Notes under the pieces: model-generated | The model's input: only the letters and a program-made list of their open reading frames with translations | Databases searched by the model: none | What the model was told of the DNA's origin: nothing | In this document: positions 39,947-52,597 of the stretch, one piece after another | Layout of the letters: every line of letters begins with the position of its first letter | Numbering within the stretch: the first letter of the stretch is position 1 | Assembly: GCA_001949185.1 (NCBI GenBank) | Contig: BDGG01000009.1 | Location: 62,001 to 126,000, forward strand | Reading direction: 5' to 3' | DNA: 64,000 nucleotides | DNA from: Ramazzottius varieornatus | Lineage: Eukaryota > Animalia > Tardigrada | Position numbers and translations under genes: made by a program

Positions 39947-40464
39947 TAGAGCCCTGCAGCAGCACGCAACATCCGTTCTGCAACTGCTCTGCATCCATGA
40001 ACGTCTAGCTGCATTTTACTGCATCGATACTGCATAAATTATTATCGATAATTATTTATTCTTCTGCGAGATAGTTCCACCGAATAATCATCAGATCACT
40101 CAGAGTTTCAGGCAGCATACTAGTTCGCTTACTGTTGAGAGCATCACCGGTATGGCTAAAAAGTCGTTCAGAAGGGGTACTAGAAGCAGGCACAGCAAGT
40201 ATGCGCTTAGCGTATAAGGACAAACAAGGAAGCTCCTTCTCGTTCTGCTGCCAAAAATCGTGTGATTGCGATGCAAACCTTTCTGTCTGAATCAGAGCCC
40301 TGCAGCAGTAGCGAAAATCCGTGCTGCATCTGCACTGCATCCGGTTTCCCGAAACTGAAACTGCACTGCATCTGCATTTTTTCATCGTTTCGGCGACTGC
40401 AACTGCACTGCAATGCAGTAAAATGCAGTGCAGTGCAGAACGTACGGCATGTTGCAGGGCTCTA
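39947..40464 (-). mobile_element. hAT deletion derivative, 518 bp, retaining the transposase C-terminal dimerisation region
   Basis: 8-bp TSD gacgcggc on both sides; TIR tagagccctgca/tgcagggctcta; FWQQNEKELPCLSLYAKRILAVPASSTPSERLFS on the minus strand; CTGCA subterminal repeats. Confidence 0.9.
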
Positions 40465-40723
40465 GACGCGGCACCCTAGCGCCGGGCGGTAGTGCAGGTC
40501 TGGTTATCAGCTGAGTGCCTGACTGGAGTTTGCGATCTCGCAACCTGCTGCGCTACCCGTCAGGCAGGAGGATCAGCATTGAACGATCAGGCTGATTGCT
40601 TGATGCCTGATCGGTCGTTTTACCTCTTAGCCCAATCTCTTTAGTACTATCCGTCAGACACAAAACCTGCGCCGAAAGGTTTGTCAGGCCATGAGGTGCT
40701 GACCGTGCTGTCATATGCTCGAT

Positions 40724-43718
40724 TAGAGACCGGGATCTGGCCGCTTACGCTGTACTGCGCTGCAGCTGCGCTACGCAGCAGTGCAGTTGCAGCGTTCACT
40801 TTGGCGTTTGTGTGCAGCGCAGCGCAGTATGCAGCGTGTGGCAAGCTAACGCAGCGCAGCTGCAAACGGCACAAAAAGACGGTTTTCGGTTTTCGAACTG
40901 AGAATCTCCCGGTTGGTGGCCGTTATCAAACCCTTACTAGGTGTTTTCTGCTTGGTGATAAAACACCGACTGGTCGCGCAGGCTCACCCCGAAATAGTGT
41001 TTTGCCCAGCCGTAAAGCGCCTGGTAGTTAATCTGTCAGTGGAACCGGAAGTCTCGGAGTTCGATAAAGTTACTTCTGTAGAAAGTATCAGCGGACTTTG
41101 TTGTGGACTGCCTTTTGTTAGCCTTGATTAGAGCTCTGATGGAGAATCACCTGTTGTCCGACGATTCTCTGGAGGAAAGCGGAGACGAAAGAGTTGCCGA
41201 AAATGCCGTCCAGAAGGGGAGAAAGTCCAGCGGGAAGATGCCTGTCAAAAGGATATCTGTTCTGCCTTCTGAGATTCAGCTTAAAGCTAGGTACATTTAC
41301 CAAACTGCGTACCTGTGATTAGAGCTCTAACTAATCAGCGCCGATATTTACTGTACGATTTGGTTACAGAGGTATGCCGGTTGAAGAAGTGGCGAATATG
41401 GTTAAGAACGACACATTCGTCTTACGAGCAGAAAGTTTTGGTAGCCGAAAGAGAGCTCCGTTCTGGGACACAATGAGTTGTGGATAAAGAGTCCGAAGAT
41501 AGGCTCGACTTTGTATGCTGTTGTAGATGTAAGCAAGTGTGGAAGCATGACAGAACTGTGAATACTGATGCTCTTCATTGGCATGTCTCGAAATGTGGCG
41601 TCAAGGCGAACCGGCCCAAGATTACTGGCTACCTTAAGTCACACAAGCTGCCCCTGGCCGCAAAGCACGAAATGTCCCGAGTATGTGCTCGATACTGCGC
41701 AGTGGATGGAAGGAGCTTCGAAGAAGTGGCTGGAACCAGATTTAGAGCTCAAATAGATACCGTAATCGATGTTACGATGAAATACAGCCACGCTGGAAAG
41801 CCCACTGCTCGCGACATGCTGCCCGACCCAACTACAGTGAGCCAGTACGTCGGAAAAGAAGCCAAAGCCATCAGGGAATCTCTCCTTGAGGAAGTCAAAC
41901 CCATCCTACGACTTCGCGATGGAGGCATAACGCTTGACTTTTGGGAAGAAGAGTACACTAAAGTGTCGTACTTAGGTAAGAGGAACTGTTGATTGTTTTT
42001 GGGCAGCAGGATTACACCATTTGCAGTCTGTATGAGTGGCATAGGGCTTTCGTTTTTGCAGGCTGTACTGTGCACTATATGTTCGGCGGATCGGAGCTCC
42101 GGGAAAGACTACTTTTGTGTAGCGAATGGGACACCGTGGACAGAAAGACGGGCGCGGCTGTACATTTTTAGCAAACTTCGAGAGATCGGCTTGTGTGAAG
42201 AAGATCCGAAGCTGTGCACCTTTGCTACGGATCAACGCGGAAACATGAAAGTAGCTTTTCGTAACTCGGGCTTCGAGCGCATCAACTGCGCCGGACATCT
42301 TCTCAACACCTGTTCGCAAAACTGCCTCAAATCCAACCCGAAAAGTCAGCATCCCATGCCTGCAGAAGCCTTACCAGTTCTTGCTTTAGTTAACCAGGTC
42401 AAGTCCCTCGTTACACACTGTAAGCAAGGTGGTATCAGTCGGCAGCTTAAAACAACGTTGAAGCAACACTGCGAAACCCGGTAAGGCCGAACCAAGGCCA
42501 TGATATTAGAGCTCCAATTCATGTTTCCAACACCTAGCATGAACTGGAATTTATTTTTAGGTGGAACACCCACGTCGAAATGTCTGCTTCAGTTCTGGCT
42601 GTCTACGAGCAGCTTGAAGACATCCTTGCTGAGCGAAAGGAGTCTCATCTTTTGCCGAGTAGGCAGAAAATGCAAGAGTTTCACGACCTGTTTGAGCCTG
42701 TACGGGATGCTACATTCCTTCTTTCGGCTTCGAAACGTTCAACAATTCATCTCGTGGTTCCAGCGTATCTCGAACTGAAGCGCCACTTCAAGGATCAGGT
42801 GCCGTCTGACTTTCCGGAAATTAGAGCCTTCCAGAAACATGTCGAAAACGTTTTCAACAAGAAGCTCGAGATTGATGAGCTTCATAGAGTGGCCGTCTTT
42901 CTGGATCCCTCCATGAAGCACCTTCAGTTCCTAACTGCGACTGAACGAGTAGCTGTTCTCAAGCGAGCGATGGAAGAAGTGCAGAAAATTCCACAGCCAG
43001 AAAAGACAGGAGCTCCGATAGTAGAAGGTAAAAGCCATTATGCCGCGCACTGAGTCACGCATTTCGTTAAAAACTACATAGCGAAAAAAGGAGAGCTCTA
43101 ATTTGTCAATACTTCTCACTGTAACATTTGGACATCAAATCTAACCTGAACAGTGATCAGTGCAGGAGAATGGCTTTTACTATTCGACTGTCGCAGTAGC
43201 TTCAAGAGGCAGTACCAAGTTCAACGTGAAAGCCTTGGCCAAGTATTCTGCCGACAATCCCATCGGAAACGAAGTCGAGCGCTATGCGAGTTTGCCCAGT
43301 CCTCCCGAAGACCAAGATGTCCTTAGCTTTTGGACAGAGAAAGAGAATGACTTTCCTCGTTTGAAGTGCTATGCGCTGTGAATCCTTCCTGTATCTGCCA
43401 CTAGCACACCTTCCGAACGTTTGTTTAGCAGATCTGGAACTGCTGTATCGGAGAAGCGTACAAACTTAGCTCCTCAAACTTTAAGCGATCTCATGGTTGT
43501 CCAGTCTAATTTTGAATTTGAGAATGTCTAATTTTGTATTTAGGAATTTTAAGTTCGAAATTGAACCGCAGCGCAGTTGCCTCGCACGTACAGTAAGGTG
43601 CAGCGCAGCTGCACCGTCGGTCCAGTCCAGATTCACGCAGCGCAGTACAGTTGCCGAGTACCAGAAAAGGGCGCAGCGCAGATGCAGCGTACTTTTTGAC
43701 CTGCGGCCTAGGTCTCTA
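40724..43718 (+). mobile_element. Full-length hAT (Hermes/hobo-like) transposon, ~3 kb
   Basis: 8-bp TSD tgctcgat on both sides; TIR tagagacc/ggtctcta; GCAGCGCAG subterminal repeats. Confidence 0.92.
41139..43531 (+). pseudogene. hAT transposase, intron-containing, apparently disabled
   Basis: BED finger CCCRC..HWHVSKC, LPDPTTVS, ITLDFW, ATDQRGNM, CAGHLLN, CETR/WN, FLDP, SATSTPSERLFS. Apparent frameshift near 41475 and in-frame TGA at 43379-43381. Confidence 0.82.
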
Positions 43719-43942
43719 TGCTCGATTACAGGATGACTTGATCGCTTCTCACTTCTCACTTGTCTTATTTATAGTCGGACTGGCAGTTCGCAGTTTCTGC
43801 AGTTAGACCAGGTTGAATTTTCATTTTCAACCTCCGATCGCGATGGATTATTCGATACTCCCTCTGTTTTCCTGAACCTCCATAGTGGCGTTTCACCTTG
43901 CCATACCTTGACGTTCAGGGATTTCGCACCTGGCTGTGGACG

Positions 43943-45112
43943 ATGGGCAAGTCCACACGGGACAACCGCGACATCTTCTACCGTTCAGCTAAGCAAGAAG
44001 GCTACCGAGCACGGAGCGCCTTCAAGCTACTCAACATCGACAAATCCCTTTCCGGTCGTATCTTCTCTGGCGTCAAAAGAGCCGTAGATCTTTGCGCCGC
44101 CCCTGGCAGTTGGAGTCAAGTCCTCTCTCAAAAGTGAGACCACTGCAACCAGCGCACGTTATCATCGTAAAAGTCCTCTCTTGCAGGATCTATTTACCGC
44201 AGCCGAACGATCCAGCCGTCAAGATCGTTTCTGTTGATTTTCAGTTCATGATTCCTATTCCCGGGATTACACAGCTTCAAGGCGACATCACTGAACTACG
44301 GACAGCCCAGAAGATAATTGACGAATTCCAAGGAGAGAAGGCTGACTTGGTCGTGTGTGATGGTGCACCGGACGTGACTGGCTTCCATGATCTGGACATC
44401 TACAGGCACCATGACATCGTCGTGGCTGCTCTGGCGTTGACCACGGCTGTCCTGAAGGAAGCAGGAAGCCTGATTATCAAGGTTTTCAAGAAACCCGACG
44501 ATGAACTGCTGGGAGCACAGATTGCAACGTTCTTCAGGGAAGTCGACTTCGTCAAGTAAGAAATTTAAAAATTATTTGATCGAAGATTAGTCTGTGTTTA
44601 CGATCAATCATAAATGTGAAGGGTTGATTGGGACCAGTATGTAGTACGTTGGTGTGATGGTGCAGTTCGCAAGTATGGGTACGTCTACAAACCCATCAGG
44701 GGGTTGGGTGCGTACGGTTACGGAAGTACGATGTTTTTCTGCTTGCGGCCTTGCCGGCTTGCCCTTCAATAGTTTTGTCTTCTGAAGAAGCATATCAAAA
44801 TTTCCTTTCGGACTGAATTGAGAAGTCTCATTAGAAGTTCCAGATCCATCTCGGGACACGAACTGATTTTTTCTGTGTGGTTATAGGCCGGAGGGCAGTC
44901 GGGACTCAAGTCTGGAAGCCTTCGCAGTCTGCAGTGGCTTTTTCTGTCCGCCCGGTTACTATCCTCACATGCTTCTGGACTACATGGCCAAGAAGGACAT
45001 TACACCGTTCAAAAATACTGTGATTCCTTTTATTCTCTACGGCGAAATTTGTAAGATCAACTGTGTAGGGAGTTCGCGTATAGTTACAGGTTCTCTCTTT
45101 CATCAGGAGTAG
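43943..45112 (+). CDS. FTSJ1: tRNA (cytidine32/guanosine34-2'-O)-methyltransferase (Trm7); 3' end approximate
   Basis: [74 protein letters not shown]; K-D-K-E tetrad present. Confidence 0.92.
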
Positions 45113-45267
45113 TCTCAAATTATTGTTGACCTTCCATTGCTAAGAGAATTTACAGGTGGAAAGCACTAACATGTACCGTAAGCTTCTCATTTGGTTAGTC
45201 CTTTTCGCTTTTCACTCCTTTGTGCGCAAATCTTCTTTTTACGAATATTGCGAGCAGCTAGCCAGAC

Positions 45268-45858
45268 ATGAAGTACTCCCACGAACAACAATGTTTCTGC
45301 GCAGTGCTTTGTTCAGCAGCATTTTTCCTATCCGTCGAGGCACAATCCACTCTGCCGGAGTTTGGAACGACTGCAGGAGATTCTTTGTCGAATAATGCAA
45401 TCAAAGCCGTGGACGCCATGTTTAGCGGAGGCGATTCGAGTCCTTCCGCCAACGTTAACAAGACAGCGGGTACGAGCAACCCTAACCCTCCTGTGGTAGA
45501 GGGAAGCCACAATTTGCCGACCCTGCCATCAGTAACCAACAACGAAAGGTCTGTCCCCCCGACCATGCGTCCTCGACCTGACATTTCCACGAAGAAGAAG
45601 TCCGCAGGTCTGACATCGCAGAGACCCATGAAGAAGACGCCGGTCAAGAAGACAGCCATGAAGAAGAAATCCGGCGGTGCGATTGCCAGACGGCCGCCGA
45701 TGAAAGGCAAGCCGGCTCGTCATGGAAGAAGACTTCCCGTAGGCAAGGGGTCAAAACCTAACCGAAACTCCCGAAAAGCGAGCCGACAGTATGACTGGAA
45801 CGATCAGAGCACCTGGGACCGGTTTTACATCGACCCCGACTGGTGGTCTCAAAAGTAA
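45268..45858 (+). CDS. Orphan secreted low-complexity, Lys/Arg-rich protein (single exon, 196 aa)
   Basis: Signal-like CFCAVLCSAAFFLSVEA-Q, Pro/Thr/Ser segment, basic segment and Trp/Asp-rich tail. Confidence 0.65.
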   Translation: MKYSHEQQCFCAVLCSAAFFLSVEAQSTLPEFGTTAGDSLSNNAIKAVDAMFSGGDSSPSANVNKTAGTSNPNPPVVEGSHNLPTLPSVTNNERSVPPTMRPRPDISTKKKSAGLTSQRPMKKTPVKKTAMKKKSGGAIARRPPMKGKPARHGRRLPVGKGSKPNRNSRKASRQYDWNDQSTWDRFYIDPDWWSQK

Positions 45859-46547
45859 CAAACAGCTTGAGTACGGATAGGGCCATGCCTACGACGATCA
45901 GTCTATTGAACATGTGACATTCGCTGGCTAACCCACCAGTTCTCGATTTTCGATTGCAGTATGAGTAATCTTTATCTTTTTCGGGCAATTTTATTCTGTC
46001 GAACCGATACGGACAGTTTTGTTGTTACGCATACAGTATCTCGACTCAGGATGGTGCCTTCTGGAAACCGCTCTCGAATATTGTTTGCATTTTGCACCTC
46101 TCATTTGTTGCGATTAGCTTATGCTGTAGCATCCGCTGTACTCGCTGTAGATCTCTGGATCGTGATGGCGGCTTCCTTCTGCGATGACGTTTCGCGGGCT
46201 CGCGGTCATAAAGCAGATAGTCGGTACACTACTACGGTTCGTTTGGTACCAGTGTACTAGGTGGGCCGTGGAGTGGAACCGTGGAAGTCGAGCTGTGGGA
46301 CCGCCTGCCTACTTACTTGTCCGTGTATCCAGCTTTCCCAAATCAATAACCTTTTCTACCACGTGTTAAGACGCAAAGTTCGGACAACCACGTGATCCTC
46401 GCGTTCGTTAATTTTGGATTAATTCGTCAAATCGTCTGCTGAAAGTTGAAACTTCAAAAATTTTCTTCAGGGAATTTTCTGCTTTCTTCCATCCAACAGA
46501 TCATCCCTGATCTTCTGCAGCTTGATCGGTGACCATTTTCTTCCAGG

Positions 46548-48878
46548 ATGTATATCGCTAAGCGAGGATTTGCAAAGCTGACAGATACAGCCAAGGCTGC
46601 GGCACAGGCAGCCGCTTCGCAGTCCCGATCAGGCAGCGATCGTTCACCTTCATCGTCGTCGTCGTCATCTCCCCGATCCTCTTCTCACTCGCAGCATCCC
46701 CACTTTGGCCACGAAGGCCACGTTTTAAGGGTAATTACATATTCCTTGTTAACGCCTGGTGGTTTTGCATTTCATTCTGTAACAGTGAACCTTGTTTGCT
46801 TAAAAATCTGCTTTTTGGGCTGCGCGTATCTAGTGGCACACTTCAACGGCAAGACTTGGGTGAAAGTGCGCTAGATACTTGGGGTAGTGTGGCATCAGTT
46901 CAACTCGCGCAGTCTGATGAATACCTTGACTGTGACACTGCGCCACTTCAGTCGACGTTTTCGGAATTTGGTTTATTTGGTTGTTCCTCTTTTAGCGTGA
47001 TCTGCTTGCAGGTTACTCGTCTTCCCAACGACTTACTCGTGGCTACTGAGGACCATGCTTCGCCGTTAGCGCGCATCTGTGTTGCAGTGAAAGCAGGTTC
47101 GCGTTACGAGCCCGCAGAGTTGCCTGGCTTGACCCATCACCTGCGTGGGGTAGCTTCTTGCGCCACCAAGCAATGCTCGGCATTCGGACTCTCCCGCAAC
47201 CTCGAACAGCTGGGAGCATCATTCCGAGCTTCGACAACTCGCGACCTGATGCTTTACACGCTGGAAGTATCCCGGCAGAACTTGAAGGAAGCCATCAAGT
47301 TTCTGTCCTATGCCACGACCCAGCAAGAGTTTAAAGCTTGGGAAGTCCATGACGCTCAAGATCGCCTGCTCGTCGACTTGGATATCCTCAAGATTCATCC
47401 AGAAGTTCGACTGGTGGAGTTGCTACATAAAGCTGCGTATCGAGATGGCTTGAAGAATTCTTTGTATGCTCCAAGATTCACAGCTGGAAATTATCACGGT
47501 TCAATGGTAAGTTTGCATTGTGGTTTTAAGTACGACCTTCGCAGTTTCTGTGCCAAGGTTACGCCCCGCTCGCCTACTGCGCACTTTCGTCCATGTCAGG
47601 GTCGTGCTGTAGACGCTTGTGCATACTCGCTTTCCCAAGTGGCGCACACTTCAGCCTGTAGCAAATGAGGATGTGCGCGCCTTGAGATTAACAATTAGGC
47701 TCAGTTTGTTTGCCGACGTCCCATCGTTGTCCAGCTTTGCGAGATTGTTTAGCATCTTACACCTTTGTTTTTGGCAGTTGACGGAATTCGCGAAAGCAAC
47801 GTTCAAGACCAACCGAATGGCCATCAGCGGGGTCGGTGTTAGCCACGACGAACTGCTGAATTACGCGCAGAAGTACTTCAAGATGGACGTGGGTGAAAAA
47901 GAGCACGCCTTGACTCCCTGGTCAGCCGTCACCAACATTGAGCCTGTCGACCATCGTGTCCACCACATTAACGGTGGTAACATTGTCAGTGAGCCAGCCC
48001 GTTACGGTGGTGGCGAAGCCTATGAAGAAACTATTGACTGTCTGACGTACGCAGCTTACGTCACAGAAGGTCCAGGCTTGAACGAACCGAGACAGTTGTT
48101 AGCCCTCAAGTTGCTGCAGCATGTTATCGGCGGAAGCTCCAAGATCAAGTGGGGTCGGGGAGTATCGCCGTTGGCGCGAGCTGCAGCATCAGCCACCAAC
48201 GAGCCGTTCGCCGTCAACCCCGTTAGCTTCGACCACGCTGACTCCTCTTTGTTCGGTGTGGCAGTTGTCTGTAACCCGAAAGACGCTCGGAATGTCCTCA
48301 GAGCTACCATCGATATTTTGCACGGGAAGGAAGGTGTCGATCAACAGAGACTTGAACAAGCCAAGTATGAGAGCTCAACGAACAGAGTCGTCTAGATCGT
48401 TTTCCAAGTGACGCACGCTTTCGGCCAATATCACCGATACCACGCGCCACTTGAAAGAACGATGCTGTCGATTTCTTTTCCAAGTGGCGCCTTTTATCAA
48501 CCACCAACACTGACAGTGTGCGCCACTTTCAGAAAAAAAGCCATCTGAAACGATTTTGCCTGCCGAAAGGTGGCCTGTTAATTGGCTGTTTGATGGATTT
48601 GATGTTTCTCAGTTTAACGAATTGGTTTCTTTTGTAGGAATCGACTGGCGTCTGCCATTTTGATGGGCCATGAAAGCGGAGCTGAACTGGTGCAGGACAT
48701 GGCAACTCAGGCTTTGATCAACAAGCAAATCCTCACACCGGAGGATGCCGCCAACATGGTGGGCAAGATCAGCCTAGAAGAATTGATTATGGCGGCCAAG
48801 CATGCGCTGGCTGGCAGGGCAACCTTCGCCGCTGTGGGCAACTTGGCCTACTGTCCTCGTCTGGATGATGTAGCATAA
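46548..48878 (+). CDS. UQCRC2: Cytochrome b-c1 complex core subunit 2 (M16 family, non-catalytic)
   Basis: VTRLPNDLLVAT, VKAGSRYE..GLTHHLR (no HxxEH), LLHKAAYRDGLKNSLY, IKWG, DSSLFG, AAVGNLAYCPRLDDV. Confidence 0.9.
48369..48566. repeat. Intronic palindromic element dimer (UQCRC2); others near 46830, 46900, 47636
   Basis: Cores at 48405 and 48481; begins a few nt after the 5' splice site. Confidence 0.82.
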
Positions 48879-49211
48879 AATAGGTCTCGTAATTATATTC
48901 TTATACCTGCATTTTCTTCTTGGTTTTTCGCATAGTCTATCTGATAATTCTTTTGGTTGTACGTGCTGGATGTGTCGTGTTTACGGTTTTCCGCTAACTT
49001 GTGCGACTTTGTGGTGTGACTTGCGAGCAAATAATAATAATACTAGTATACAATATATCATGTTGAATTTCTGGACTTTCTGATCGAGCCCGAAGGTAGT
49101 GTCATGTTTCTCGGCGTCAAAATTCGAATGGTAGACGATGAAGCGGAATATTGCAACAGGGAAGTAAAATATAAAACAGGAAAAAAACCCAGAAACGTGG
49201 AACTTACTGTG

Positions 49212-49937
49212 TCATATTCCGAAAAAATCATCTATGTATTGAGCAAATAACTCTGGTTTCCCAGGCTGATACTTCTTTATATTTCTCCAGTCTAGAGCAG
49301 GAAAAACCGTCGGAAGTTTTGACACCGTAGTCCAGTGGAGAAAACCTTGGCTAGCGAACTCCTCAGCCAGCTCGGCCTGGTGATTGTCCATCAGGGTCTC
49401 GTTGACCACTACTAGAAGCCGCTTGTTTAGCGTCAAGGTCTCTAACACACTTCCGGCACCTAGAAGAAAACGTAATGGTGTCGCACACTTTCAAAGCTCG
49501 CAGAGAGAATATGGAATTAATGAGAACGGCATCACGAACCTGCGTGACCGATGACCAAGTCAGCATTCTCTAGATCTTCTCGAATAGACGGCTTATATCG
49601 ATACGCACGAACTTCCACACCATGGACTATTCTGGACTGTGGTTCCGTGATCCCTCTACCGTATTGTATGACCAATCGTTGGTAGTCTTGCTCATGGAGA
49701 GTCTAAAAGAGCAGGGAATACATAAAACGGAATATTCATCTCGGGAATGCAACTGATGATGCCAGGAAACGTCCCGTCGATTTGGCTGCCGATCCCATTA
49801 CGTCATGAGCCGATAAGGAAGGCGCAGCCAGATTTTCTCACCTGTAGGAAATCTTTGGATATCAGCTGGTCAACCAGTGCATCAAAGCTAGTTGTCCCCA
49901 CCGTTGCAAAGGCCGTCTTTTGATTTTCTGGAGCCAT
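49212..49937 (-). CDS. ALG13: UDP-GlcNAc transferase subunit ALG13 (short glycosyltransferase form, 3 exons)
   Basis: FATVGTTSFDAL, LVIQYGRG, ADLVIGHAGAGSVLETL, VVVNETLMDNHQAELA. Confidence 0.93.
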
Positions 49938-50298
49938 CCTGTTGCAAGCGTATCATCTGCACACGACGGTCAAAATCCTGTCGACTTCGCTCGATGGATG
50001 GAAGAAAATCTGATCGCAGTCTGGCAGCGGAGCCAGAGATTGAGTGACCGAAACATTGCGTATTCAATCGAGTCAAAATTAGCGTTACCCAATCAACTCG
50101 TTTGTGTCTCAGCAGCTAATTGACGTCACAGCTCGTCACACATCATGGAACAGTTGTTGATTGCTGATTGATCAGATGATCCAGATCGCAAAAATTTTCA
50201 AAAAAATGAGACTGCAGAAAATCTTCCAGAAAAAATCATTCTTCTGCTTGCAGTGTTACAGGCTAGCAGTGCCTTGCAGTGAGATCTGGATCAGGATC
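49938..50298. promoter_or_regulatory. Probable bidirectional promoter region, ALG13/NSUN4
   Basis: Head-to-head start codons ~360 bp apart; central CCAAT (~50089) and CRE palindrome TGACGTCA (50121-50128). Confidence 0.55.
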
Positions 50299-52361
<2,063 letters not shown>

Positions 52362-52597
52362 TAGAAGTAACAACGGTGCAAAATGCCGCCAATGTTCGAT
52401 CAATAAATTCCACCGATCGGCTTTCTTCACATAACGCATACCTGCGTTTTTATCGATCAGTTGCACTGAGTGAGGTGACATCTTCCAGGTAAATATTCCG
52501 GCGACATTTAACTCGCACCGTCAAGTGAAATACCTTTTACTTTAATTTTCCGAGGGAACAACGACTATTCTGGAACTCGGGAAGAATAGGGAACAGA

